Below, piece by piece: positions 13,178 to 24,742 of a DNA stretch of 36,822 nt. Below the pieces are notes generated by a model. That model made no database searches, was not told the origin of the DNA, and saw only the letters and a list, made by a program, of their open reading frames with translations. Position 1 is the first letter of the stretch; the number at the start of each line of letters is the position of its first letter. Made by a program: the position numbers and the translations under genes. The stretch is from Octopus bimaculoides (Eukaryota): positions 70,437,703 through 70,474,524 of the forward strand of contig NC_068986.1 in NCBI RefSeq assembly GCF_001194135.2, given 5' to 3'.

Positions 13178-13212
13178 TGTCCATAAATTTACAAAACAAA
13201 ATTTTTTTGATG
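13178..13212 (+). CDS. Candidate small exon, 35 nt, phase 2 to 1 (VHKFTKQNFFD)
   Basis: Acceptor gtgttttctttcag and donor GATG|gtgggt. Phase fits the flanking candidates. Confidence 0.35.
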
Positions 13213-13303
13213 GTGGGTCTCTACATTTAGCACAGTGAAATATACTGATAATAGAGTTAAACAAGCCATTAAGGGACCCCAGTTGACTCAATATTATCAA
13301 TAA

Positions 13304-13336
<33 letters not shown>

Positions 13337-13360
13337 CACACACATGTATTATACACATGT

Positions 13361-13690
13361 GAAGGTGCATGGCTCAGTGGTTAGAGTGTTAGGCTTACAA
13401 TCATGAGGCAATGAGTTCGAATCTCAGACTGGGTTGTGTGTTGTGTTCTTGAGTAATACACTTTGTTTCATGTTGCTCTAGTTCACTCAGCTGTAGAAAT
13501 GAGTTGCGATATCACTGGTGCCAAGCTGTATCAACATTTGCTTTGCCCTTGGTTAACATTGGTGGCATGGAGACAGGAAGCTGGTATGCATAGTCTTCCA
13601 TAAACAACCTTGCCCAGACTTGTGCCTTGGAGGGGAACTTTCTAGGTGCAATCTCATGATCATTCGTGACTGAAGGAGGTCTTTACCCTT
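13361..13690 (+). mobile_element. Older tRNA-derived SINE
   Basis: A-box tggctcagtgg and B-box gagttcgaatc, followed by a non-tRNA body. A degenerate relative lies at about 23215-23360. Confidence 0.75.
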
Positions 13691-14075
13691 TTATATGTGT
13701 ATATTTGTGTTATCCCATTTTTGTTTAATTTATGCAAATTACCTAGGCCATAAATGTGTTCTATTCTTTTTATCTATGTCTATGTCCCTTGACTTCCAGT
13801 GATAAGTTAAGATAATCGTCATGCTGATGATGTCTATTGAGGCAGAAACATGTCCGTGACAGTCCTCTAATCTTCAAATAATAAACCTGTCCTTTTTCTT
13901 GATGGCTTATCAACTTTGGAGAATTTTCTAATTCTTCAGATTATCTTATCATATATGGTACTATTCTCAATTATCATTTAGTAATTGTAACATATTTTCT
14001 AAAGTTGGAGATAATTTTAATAAATCAAGAATTCATGCTGTGTGGCATTTTATATACCTGAGTTATTTCTCTTAG

Positions 14076-14116
14076 CTCTCATTAAACAAAAGATACATTT
14101 TGAAATTCCTAGAAGA
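14076..14116 (+). CDS. Candidate small exon, 41 nt, phase 1 to 0 (ALIKQKIHFEIPRR)
   Basis: Acceptor ttatttctcttag and donor AGA|gtatga. Confidence 0.4.
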
Positions 14117-14407
14117 GTATGAAGAGCATGACTATTTCGTTAAAAGAAAATTTCTAAGTTTTAATGTGTCACCATCATAGTTATATAGATTCTGGTGAAG
14201 GCTACTATCAGTTCAAAAAGAAAAGTTTTCAAAGTGTGATTCTGTGATTTGATTAGTTTAAATTAGCATGATTGTTATTTTTATAGTCAACTTCATTTCC
14301 TTCCCTGAGAACCAGAAGTCAATTACCTGGGAATCATTACTCTGTCTCCTGTATAAAATTTCATTTACCTGCTGAAGTAAGAACTTTCTGTTAGTTTCTT
14401 TCCCCAG

Positions 14408-14444
14408 TGTGTTTATGGTCAGCTTGTTACCACAATGGAAGTAG
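14408..14444 (+). CDS. Candidate small exon, 37 nt, phase 0 to 1 (CVYGQLVTTMEV)
   Basis: Very good acceptor gtttctttccccag and donor TAG|gtaagg. Open in phase 0. Confidence 0.5.
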
Positions 14445-15079
14445 GTAAGGGAATTTCAGAACCGGTTCTATGAACTTGTGTAAACTTAGTAACCGGTTCT
14501 GCTATAAACTGGTTGGTCTTAAGAAAAAGTTTTCCAGTTGTAAAAACTGTGCCAAAAACATGGTGTAAATAGTAAAGACAGCAAACTTTTACTGTTGCTA
14601 TGTGTGCCAGATGACAAAGTACTATGACAAGTGGTGAGACATTGAGACCTGTGTAACCGAGTAACTGATACTAGTATGTTTAAAACATATATAAAATGAT
14701 GATAATGATGATTTGGCTTCCAGCTCCTTGAAAATTTCTCTAAATTCTGTATCGCTCAGTCTTTTATTTTTTTATGAAGTTAATACCTATTGTTACCACG
14801 TTCTTAACCTTGTTCATTCTTAGAGAATGCACTTCCAATTCTTTTTGATCAAAGTAGCAAGTTTTTAAAAAAATTTTTTTTTAGAACTTTATCATTGATG
14901 GTGCACTATCCATAATTCTGGTGCTACAGTTTCCATCATGTTAAACAAAATAACTGATTCAGCCTCCAAAAGAATATCTTCACCTCTCATGTTCACATGT
15001 ATTCATTCTTCTCATATTCACATATATTGATTTTAAAGCAAGTAAATTTTCACTTTTCATAAAGTGTACTTTTATCTCA

Positions 15080-15400
15080 TCTCTTCTTCTTCACCCACTT
15101 ATTGCTAAGATGGCCATGGGGACAGAGTCCTCAGGTACACCTTCCATCAAGTCCTGTCAGAAGCAACCATTGCTAATTGATCTGGTTGGATCCCCAAATG
15201 AGACAGCCAAGCTCATGGATGTTATCCAACCATCTTGCTTGTAAGTCTACTCTTGGCTTGCCTCTGGTTGGTTTTTCCCAGTAAACTTGTCCAGCAATTC
15301 TTTCCTGAGACATTCTTATCACATATCTATAGTATCAGAGCTGTGATCTCTCAATTCAGAAAAGTACCAGCTCTACCTTGAACACCTCTCTGATCTTACA
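15080..15400 (-). mobile_element. Decayed RTE-clade LINE C-terminal fragment
   Basis: The minus strand translates to KIREVFKVELVLF*IERSQL*YYRYVIRMSQERIA...RWLDNIHELG, typical of the RTE ORF C-terminus, with stops and frameshifts. Confidence 0.7.
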
Positions 15401-15520
15401 TCCCTTATATAAATATAGTTTACTGCACTGTATTTACTATATCTGCTGTCTCATCTACAGCTGGCAACAAAACACAAATTCTGATACTGCTTATTTCAAG
15501 GATATTTGGATACCATTAAC

Positions 15521-15800
15521 TATGAGGTCATAATTATCCCCACTTAAACATGGATGTTCTGTTAGAACAAACTATACTGCAGTAGATAACATGGGAGAAA
15601 CTCTAATTTGGACTTTTGATGCAAAATACACTCTTGTTCATATCACTAATGAGGAAATAAATCCCTGCCATCTCCAGTGCCAAGATCACCAGATCATGTG
15701 ATTTCAACCTCCCTTGGCCTCATCAATGATAGATGCTCAACCACAGGGATTTATCTTCCCACTAACAGTAATACTGCCTCTGTCGCTGATATATTTTTTA
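15521..15800 (-). mobile_element. 280-bp insertion, probably an RTE fragment, flanked by 9-bp direct repeats accattaac
   Basis: accattaac at 15512-15520 and 15801-15809. The insertion is absent from the paralogous segment near 16490. Weak RTE-like translation (ISDRGS...SLVI.TRVYFA). Confidence 0.5.
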
Positions 15801-16100
15801 ACCATTAACCGTCTTTTATGTGATCAGAAACTGTCTTTTGGGATAAACTAATATTCTAAAATAACCTGACATTTTTGTACAGTTAAAATTTATGTAGCAG
15901 CAACAGCTAAACACTTTTTCACAAACCCATCTTTATAGCTTGTGTTAAGGATATATTTTTGTTAATTTGTCTCCTGAACATAATTTGCTAATTCTTTTAA
16001 ATATGTCGGAGCAGTAGTGGCTTACCCAGAGCACCTCTCTGATCTCATATCCATTATGTAAATATAATTTACTGCATTGTATTTACTATATCTGTTGTCT

Positions 16101-16470
16101 CAGTGCCCCTGGACTGGCTCTTGTGCGGGTGGCACATAAGATGTACCATCCTGAGCGTGACCGTTGCCAGTACCGCCTGACTGGCCTTGTAGGGTTTTCG
16201 AGCGAGATCGTTGCCAGTGCCCCTGGACTGGCTCTTGTGCGGGTGGCACATAAAAGACACCATTTTGAGCGTGGCCGTTTTCGTGCGGGTGACACGTAAA
16301 AGCACCCACTACACTCTCTCAGTGGTTGGCGTTAGGAAGGGCATCCAGCTGTAGAAACTCTGCCAAATTAGATTGGAGCCTGGTGTAGCCATCCGGTTGC
16401 ACCAGTCCTCAGTCAAATTGTCCAACCCATGCTAGCATGGAAGGCGGACGTTAAACGATGATGATGATGA
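16101..16470 (+). mobile_element. Young 5'-truncated non-LTR element 3' end (LINE 3' UTR or LINE-tail SINE) with an internal 114-bp-period repeat and (gat)n tail
   Basis: cagtgcccctggactggctcttgtgcgggtggcacataa at 16101 and 16215. CpG-rich. The tail is shared with the copies at 11.6-12.6 kb. Confidence 0.8.
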
Positions 16471-17124
16471 TTTCAAGGATATTTGGATACCATTAGCCAT
16501 ATCTTTTATATCATCAGAAACTGTTCTTCAAGATCAACTAATATTCTCAAATAACCTGACATTTTTGTACAGCTAAAATTCATGTAGCAGCAACTAAACA
16601 AACTTATCTTCAATGTTTGGGTTGCTTATACATTTCATAGCTAGTGTTATGGATGTATTTTTGTTAATTTGTCTCTTGAAAATAATTTACTGATTCTTTT
16701 AAATATGCCATCTTGTCTAAAAGCAGAATCAGTCCTTCAGTTTCCTTACAATTGGACAAATGGTTAGGTTTACATTTGTATTTTTTGTACACTTCAACCA
16801 AATCATTCCATTCACTTCTATAAAGAATTAATTATCTGACCATTTTTCATTCGACAAATGGGCTATTGCCAGAAGCTCTTCTTGCTCATTGCAGCTGTTA
16901 CTTACTTATTTACAACATTCATTTACTATCCTTATTAAACATACAGATGAACTGCTAATTGTCAATTAGATGTAATAAAAGTATGCTATTATATTTTCAG
17001 TTCCTACATATTCCTACTTAGCATGTTGAAAGCAACTTATCATTAAACTAGTGTTTTGGCCTTAAGGCTTAAACTGCATTTTGTTTTCATATGGTTTTTC
17101 TTTTACAATTTCATCCACTGACAG

Positions 17125-17145
17125 TTTCAGATTTTGAATTGCAAT
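17125..17145 (+). CDS. Candidate microexon, 21 nt (or 15 nt from 17131), phase 1 to 1 (VSDFELQ or DFELQ)
   Basis: Long T-rich tract, tandem acceptors (AG ending at 17124 and 17130) and consensus donor AAT|gtaagt. Confidence 0.3.
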
Positions 17146-17944
17146 GTAAGTAGTCCAGCAGAGAAAAAAACAGCACCTGATCAACACAGTATATTGCTTG
17201 TTATTTTAGCATCTCAATCAGATATTTTTTTCCATGAGGTTATTTATTGCAACACACAATTTCAGTGTAGATTGTATGTCTGGAATAAAAATTGTTGTAA
17301 GTATAACTAGACAGAGAAAATAATTAGCATAAAAAAGGAACAAACAACTTGTACAGTTAATAGCTAATATAAGGAGCAACATTTTGTAATAGCACCAAAT
17401 CAAACAGGCTTGAAAGACACGACTGCTTACAAATGTTCTACAGCCTAAAATGTCAACAGTAAATAAGTTCCCTTTGTTCATAAATGTTATATGTCACCAT
17501 CATCAAAAGGTTAAGAAATTATTAGAACACTGAAGATTTTAAATCAAAAGAAAATAGAGGGATTGGATGACAGCAATGAAGTGAAATATTAATACCAAAT
17601 TTTTTTTTTTTTGTATTAACTTTAGTACAGTTTTTTTGGGGTTTTAAATAGCACTGTGAAGTAAGTATATATGTAAATGAAATATAATAGGAATAACATG
17701 GAAAATTGTAAGATATTGTTACTAAACTTCAGCTTTCAAATTGTCTTTACTCTGACTCCTTTTTAATGGAAAACTCCCTCTCTAGCTTTCATAAATTAGT
17801 ATGTATATGTATATTTGAGTGTGTGCCTGCCTATGCCTGTCTCTGAGTGCACATGTACTGCAGAACCAAGTTATGTGAAATCTTGCTGCCCTTCATATAG
17901 TTAAATATTGATACAGACACAAAGCTGATGATGATATATTTCAG

Positions 17945-18182
17945 ACTCTCTCAACTTCTCTCACTCACTCTCTCTCTCTCTCTCTCTCTCAACTCCTCTC
18001 ACTCACTCACTCTCTCTCAACTCTTCTCACTCACTCTTTCTCTCTCAACTCTTCTCACTCACTCACTCTTTCTCTCTCAACTTCTCTCAATAACTCTTTC
18101 TCTCTCTGACAACGTCTCTCACTCTCAACCTCTTTCTCTCTCACCTCACTCAACCCCTTCCTCCCTCTCCCTCCCTCTCTTT
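17945..18182. repeat. Degenerate pyrimidine-rich (CT/CA) low-complexity tract
   Basis: Recurring ctctctcaact and ctcactcact words. The + strand is almost devoid of G. Confidence 0.8.
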
Positions 18183-18672
18183 CCACTAAGAACCTTTATC
18201 TAATATCATTTGTTTAGAAATGAGGGTTTCTAGTTTCAATCCAATTGAGTACTATGTACATACCCAAAAATAAAGACATGATGATGATGAAGAGCAACCT
18301 GAACTGAGTGTAGTATAAAAGATGATATGAAAAAATTTATCATCTTTAAAAATGACAATAACACTTCAAAAAATATATTAGAAATCACTTTTCTTAGTTA
18401 TTTTGACAGGAATTTTTAATGTTCACAGATATTTATCATTCCACATAAGGTATAAATATATACAGCCTTTGAGGATTACAATGTACAAATTCTAATCACC
18501 CATTGATGAATATAAAGTGTGAAATGAATGAAAGGTTTCTTTCTGACTGTTGAATGGTGAATATAAGATGAGATAATGCTATGTATTCAAATTAGTATAA
18601 TATTTTTGTTTGTTAACTTCACTCAGAGCTATTGTAAAGTTTAGTCTGGGTTGCTCATTAAAGTTAAAGACA

Positions 18673-18806
18673 GGTGCAGGTGTGGCTGTGTGGTAAGAAG
18701 CTTGCTTCCCAACTACATGGTTCTGGGTTTAGTCCCAGTGCATGACACCTTGGGCAAGAGTCTTCTACTATAGCTTCAGGCCAACCAAAGCCTTGTGGGT
18801 GGATTT
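18673..18806 (+). mobile_element. 5' head fragment of a tRNA-derived SINE ('ggctgtgtggtaag...' family)
   Basis: Matches 20837-20990 and, inverted, 21937-22084, 22952-23110, 29489-29628 and 2783-2880. Confidence 0.75.
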
Positions 18807-20049
18807 GAATCATTCTATTGTTAAAATGTTGGCAGATATACCATATTCTTATGAAAGAGTGCCTTATTGACTGAAGTTTGGAATAAATTACATTGGAATG
18901 TTATACTTGAAGTTTAGTGTCAAGACTGTCATTGATGAGAGTAAACCTGATAAAAGACTTAGCACAGCTACTACGAGACATCAATGGCTAGAATAAAAAT
19001 CAAAAAGCATGACTACCTCTTTGCACAGACCAAATATAGAATTGTTAGCCAAAATACCCAATCTACATATAGAGATGTTTGTACTTAAATCCTTAGAAAA
19101 ATGATCTGCTATCAAGGATAAAATATAGATATTTTGCATTCAACTTAATTCCATTTGTTTGCATGAAAGCTGTAATGTTGTCGGTAAAGGAAACACAAGT
19201 TCAGATGCTCTAAAGATAAATGATTCAAGAATGATTTATCAAACCTTAAATCATTTAAGCAATGCTGACAGATCTGAATGTTTGAAGAATAAATACAACT
19301 GTTCAATAAAAACATTAACCACATTAATATCGCTGGTGTCAGGAAACCTTCAGGGTCTATGGGCACAGTTTCTTCCTCCAAACTAACTGAAATAAATAAA
19401 TAAATAAATTTAAAAAATTTTCAGAATATTCAAGATTTGTCTGATTCTAAAACATTTTCTTTCCTTCTAATGAAACACCACCTGTGAATAAGAATATAAT
19501 ATTACTACCAGATAACTTGCTCTATCAAATTGGTTTAAGTTCTAGACTGATTGGTGGGGATTTAAGCATGTATATATGTGGTCAATTTGAATGTGAGAAA
19601 TACTCCTATTGATATAAAACTGTGATTACATGTTCCAGTTGTTCCACCTAACTGTGCTCAAAATAAAGATATGATGACCATAGCTATAACAAACATTCAA
19701 ACATCTCATTCAATCAACTGTCACCATGTCATGTGTTTGCAAAACAACAGTTGGCTTCAACTTTTGTTTTCAAACCAGATTTAAAGGCCCAATGTTTAAA
19801 GCATCTAATTATGAAAGCAGTGACTATTAGAAATTTTTTCAGTTGGTTGTTATTATTGTATAGCAAGAGGTGTGCACTAGGCCTAGCAGATATGATCCAA
19901 AATTGGTTGTTGCAAATACACAACACCTCCACCTGACTAAGGACTACCCTGCACATTCTGACATATAGTAGTTAATCTTGTGGGTTGCAGTATTACATTC
20001 TGAACATTCTCTACCATCTAATCTATTTCTGTTTTTGTTTAGCTCCAGG

Positions 20050-20800
20050 TCAGCTAAGGAGGTTATTAATGCTGTTGCTGCTATTTTTTGAGTGTATGTT
20101 CTGGTGTTGTAGATATCTGCTTATTTGGGGGTAATTGCATATGTAGTGGCAAGGACTGTGAGAGTTAAAGATTGCTGTAGCAACAAATGTCTGCTGTTTT
20201 ACATTGTCTCATTAAGGCTTTTGTAAGGTTTGAAAATTGCAATGAATTTTCTCCATATTTTCAGTTTCTGGGAAATCAGCAGTTTTGATGTGAATAATAT
20301 TTTGAGTATATATTGATAATTTTGTCACTTAAGACTTTTCTGTATCTTAATTCCCTTTAGATTTTCTGATATCTGATCAAAGTTATTGTTTAAGAAGAAA
20401 GTATATATCATGTATTTTGTGTTAGTCTTTTGCATGCAGTTTTTATAGATAATTTGCTAAGTGAATTTGCTTGTTCTTAGACAATGGGTACTTGTGATTG
20501 TTGTTATTACAGGAGGTGTAGGTGTGATGCGACCATTGTTGGAATGATTAAATATTTTGTGTAATGTTTTACTGCTTGTTTTGGATGTTAGAAATAAATG
20601 TTGGCCACTTTTTCCGACTTTCTTTTATTCATTTTTTAAAATTATTTTCTTGTTTATTTACATTATGCTAAATTTTATTTCTGCTGTTTGTAGTTTTAAT
20701 TTTGTCTCTTATTTTACCAGATAGTCTATTTGTGTTATTGGGGTTGTATTCTTTTATGTTGCCTTATATGCTATGTGTGTTCTTAGTGGGGAATGGATAT
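20050..20800 (-). mobile_element. Highly decayed Penelope-like element remnant
   Basis: The minus strand gives LHKIFN (20547-20564), then a C..N..K.PL...IIYK-like segment. This is the motif order at the RT/GIY-YIG junction of Penelope-like elements. No intact ORF. Confidence 0.4.
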
Positions 20801-20836
20801 GTGCGTGACTTTTCTCATTAATAACTAATATGCTTA

Positions 20837-21906
20837 GGCATGGCTGTGTGGTAAGAAGCTTCTTTCTCAACTACATGGTTCCAAGTTCAGTCTCACTCCA
20901 TGGTGCCTTGGGCAAGTGTTTTTTACAATCGCCCCAGCCCAGTTAAAACCTTGAGAGGGAATTTTGTAGGCAGAAACTGAAAGAAACCCTTCCTAAGTAT
21001 ATGTACTATGTATGTGTGTGTGTGTGTGTCTCTCTTTCTCTCTCTCTCTCTCTTTCTCTCTATCTCTCTCTTTCTCTCTCTCTCTTTNNNNNNNNNNNNN
21101 NNNNNNNNNNNNNNNNNNNNNNNNNNNNNNNNNNNNNNNNNNNNNNNNNNNNNNNNNNNNNNNNNNNNNNNNNNNNNNNNNNNNNNNNNNNNNNNNNNNN
21201 NNNNNNNNNNNNNNNNNNNNNNNNNNNNNNNNNNNNNNNNNNNNNNNNNNNNNNNNNNNNNNNNNNNNNNNNNNNNNNNNNNNNNNNNNNNNNNNNNNNN
21301 NNNNNNNNNNNNNNNNNNNNNNNNNNNNNNNNNNNNNNNNNNNNNNNNNNNNNNNNNNNNNNNNNNNNNNNNNNNNNNNNNNNNNNNNNNNNNNNNNNNN
21401 NNNNNNNNNNNNNNNNNNNNNNNNNNNNNNNNNNNNNNNNNNNNNNNNNNNNNNNNNNNNNNNNNNNNNNNNNNNNNNNNNNNNNNNNNNNNNNNNNNNN
21501 NNNNNNNNNNNNNNNNNNNNNNNNNNNNNNNNNNNNNNNNNNNNNNNNNNNNNNNNNNNNNNNNNNNNNNNNNNNNNNNNNNNNNNNNNNNNNNNNNNNN
21601 NNNNNNNNNNNNNNNNNNNNNNNNNNNNNNNNNNNNNNNNNNNNNNNNNNNNNNNNNNNNNNNNNNNNNNNNNNNNNNNNNNNNNNNNNNNNNNNNNNNN
21701 NNNNNNNNNNNNNNNNNNNNNNNNNNNNNNNNNNNNNNNNNNNNNNNNNNNNNNNNNNNNNNNNNNNNNNNNNNNNNNNNNNNNNNNNNNNNNNNNNNNN
21801 NNNNNNNNNNNNNNNNNNNNNNNNNNNNNNNNNNNNNNNNNNNNNNNNNNNNNNNNNNNNNNNNNNNNNNNNNNNNNNNNNNNNNNNNNNNNNNNNNNNN
21901 NNNNNN

Positions 21907-21938
<32 letters not shown>

Positions 21939-22230
21939 GACAGGCTTCTTTCAGTTTCCATCTACCAAAACCACTCACAAGGCTTTGGTCAGCCCTAAGC
22001 TATAGTAGAAGACACTTGCCCAAGGTGCCACGCAGTGGGAATGAACCCTGAACCATGCGGTTGGTAAGCAAGCTACTTACCACATATAGGTTTGTGTGTC
22101 TTTGTGTTTGTCCCTGCCACCTGACAACCAGTGTTGCTTTGTTTACGTACCAAACTTTAAAATGATAAGTACTAGGGCCCCAGCATGGCCACAGTCCAAT
22201 GACTGAAACAAGTAAATTACAAAAGATAAA
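20837..22230 (+). mobile_element. Plus-strand SINE (head 20837-20990, tail 22086-22230) apparently interrupted by a microsatellite, an assembly gap and an inverted head of the same family (21937-22084)
   Basis: Head and tail parts identified by comparison with the intact minus-strand copy at 22577-23110. Confidence 0.55.
21088..21906. other. Largest assembly gap (N-run); others at 760-896, 5908-5928, 8076-8145, 9318-9565 and 22821-22899
   Basis: Runs of n, mostly flanked by simple repeats. Confidence 0.98.
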
Positions 22231-22576
22231 TTGATATTGGCCTAGGCTTTTGCCATTTGTCATTCTTGATTACCTTTAATATCTGCTGATTGAACCATTA
22301 GGTGCTAGCTGAGCAACTGAAGCGCTTCTAAATAACTTGTATATTCTGATATGGGGAAATTATAGCAGAGGCAGTATGTAATTGATGCTTTGTTAGTTTG
22401 TAATGTTGAGCTTAAATACTGCTATCAGAAAAACTTAGACTTGGCATATATGTTCTGGGAGAAATGTCTCTCCACCATTCAGTACCATGAAATCTAATGT
22501 AAGCTCCATAACCACAATATCTTGCAGAATTCATGAGGAGCCAGAGAGAGAGAGAGAGAGAGAGAGAATTATAATA

Positions 22577-22773
22577 TACTCTTTTACTCTTTTACTTGTT
22601 TCAGTCATTTGACTGTGGCTATGCTGGAGCACTGCCTTTAGTCGAGCAAATCAACCCCAGGACTTATTCTTTGTAAGCCTAGTACTTATTCTATCGGTCT
22701 CTATTGCCGAACCACTAAGTGACGGGGACATAAGCACACCAGCATCGGTTGTCAAGCAATGCTAGGGGGACAG

Positions 22774-22816
<43 letters not shown>

Positions 22817-22899
22817 CATANNNNNNNNNNNNNNNNNNNNNNNNNNNNNNNNNNNNNNNNNNNNNNNNNNNNNNNNNNNNNNNNNNNNNNNNNNNNNNN

Positions 22900-22944
<45 letters not shown>

Positions 22945-23110
22945 CATATATACGATGGGCTTCTTTCAGTTTTCGTCTACCAAATCCACTCACAAGGCTT
23001 TGGTCGGCCCGAGGCTATAGTAGAAGACACTTGCCCAAGATGCCACACAGTGGGACAGAACCCGGGACCATGTGGTTGGTAAGCAAGCTACTTACCACAC
23101 AGCCACTCCT
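22577..23110 (-). mobile_element. Full-length tRNA-derived SINE with an internal (CA/TA)n microsatellite
   Basis: Head at 23110-22952, microsatellite with gap, body and tail at 22775-22577 ending in (aaaagagt)n on the minus strand. Another tail copy lies at about 24800-25000. Confidence 0.8.
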
Positions 23111-24520
23111 ATATATATAAAACATATATCATTCATTAACAGTTGAATAATTGATTTTGATAATTTGCGAAGTTTTAATGTTTTCATATTTTTTAGCATT
23201 TCTTATGATTGTAGTTATGGGCAATGGCCTACTGGTTACAGTGTTGGGCCTTGGATCTTAAGGTTGTGGGTTTGGTTCCTGGACTGGGCAACATATTACT
23301 CTCTTAAGCAAAGCATTTTATTTTCTGTTGTTTCAGTCCACTTAGTCATGAGTCCCAGCCTATTGCTGAAGCACCTCTCTCCCTCCAGCTGTCACATCCA
23401 CAATATTCTGCAGTATTAAAGGTGGGAGTGCTGGGAGAGAGAGAGAGAGAGAGAGAGAGAATGTCTGTCTGCTTGCTATTACGTATATACCTAAAGCATT
23501 TATTAGAGAAATCATGATAAAAGCTACCAGTTTATACTGGCTTGTGTATGACAGCTAAGCTTTTTGTAGATTGCAAATTGGTTGAAACAACAGAAAGTTA
23601 GGCAATAGACTTACAGGTCTTTACATTCTGATTTAAATTGTGCCAAGGTCAACTTTGCCTTTCAACCTTTTGGACTTGATAAAATAAAGTACTGCCCAAG
23701 TATTATGGTCAATATAATCAACTAATATCCTCCTTCCAAATTTGCTAGTTCTGAGCATAGAATAGAAATAGTTCACGTAGAAGACCTATAACCAAAAGTA
23801 TCTCAGATGTGACTATCCTGTTACTTTGTGTTTCTGGAAATTTATTATACAATATATACTTTCATTTTTAAGACAACATGATGTTATTTGAGAGAAATTT
23901 GGCTGTTATTTCTAGCTTAACGACTAACCACATAATGATACTTTATTGGCTCATTTTTATGTTTTTTTTTTTTAAATTCTGAAATTGAAAGAATTAATCA
24001 CTTAAATAGTTAAACTTGTGTTCCTAACTTGTAGGTCTTTGGATTACAGGGGTCAACAGTTTTCTGGCAATGTCTTTCTCTCCTTCATAGTTAGGCCAGG
24101 ACTCCTAAGTATCAAATGAACTTTGGGTCCAGTAAGTCCTCTAATACCTATCTCTAGAGGAAAGTATATTACTTCTTATCCACTATTTTCACAGATTTCA
24201 ACCAACTCACTGTATTTCAGGTGCCCTATTCTTTCAGTCTGAGATTTCTTGACTCAAACTTGGAGTTTTTATTTCTAATGTAGGGTTTCAATACTTCTTA
24301 TTATGCTATAGTTTTGTAAGCATTAGAAGACTATGACAGAGGTTAAGAACATTGAAACTAAGTGGAAGAAATAAATTAATAGAGATCAGAGGATAAACTG
24401 AATGGGTGATAAGCAACCACGTTATAAAACCACCACTTGCATGACTTATAGTTTAACATCATCACCTGATTTTAGAGTACCATTAATGGAACTTCACTTT
24501 GCTTCAAACATTTGGATCAA

Positions 24521-24742
24521 ACCTTCTGTTCCTTATTTTTGTAAATGGTTTCAAGTAGACATTGAACGATAGATGGACATTAGCTACATGGACATTAGCT
24601 ACATGGACATTAGCTACATGGACATTAGCTACATGGACATTAGCTACATGGACATTTGCTACATGGACATTAGTTACCTTCTGTTCCCTATTTTTGTAAA
24701 TGGTTTCAAGTAGACGTTGAACCATAGATGGACATTAGTTAC
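24521..24742. repeat. 67-bp direct duplication (24521-24587 / 24676-24742) enclosing a 15-bp minisatellite atggacattagctac x7 (24573-24677)
   Basis: Directly visible in the sequence. It explains the ANVHV-repeat ORF at 24504-24725. Confidence 0.9.

Noticed and set aside
19129-19386. ORF 19159-19386 with a short upstream extension
   Set aside because: Weak acceptor and no recognisable homology, so it is unsupported.
20043-20048. 6-nt microexon tttag|CTCCAG|gtcagc
   Set aside because: It appears to lie in a repeat-derived segment at the edge of the Penelope-like remnant, and the donor is mediocre.
24573-24677. CRISPR-like or coding (ANVHV)n repeat
   Set aside because: Head-to-tail 15-mers with no spacers and no cas genes, in a eukaryotic context.
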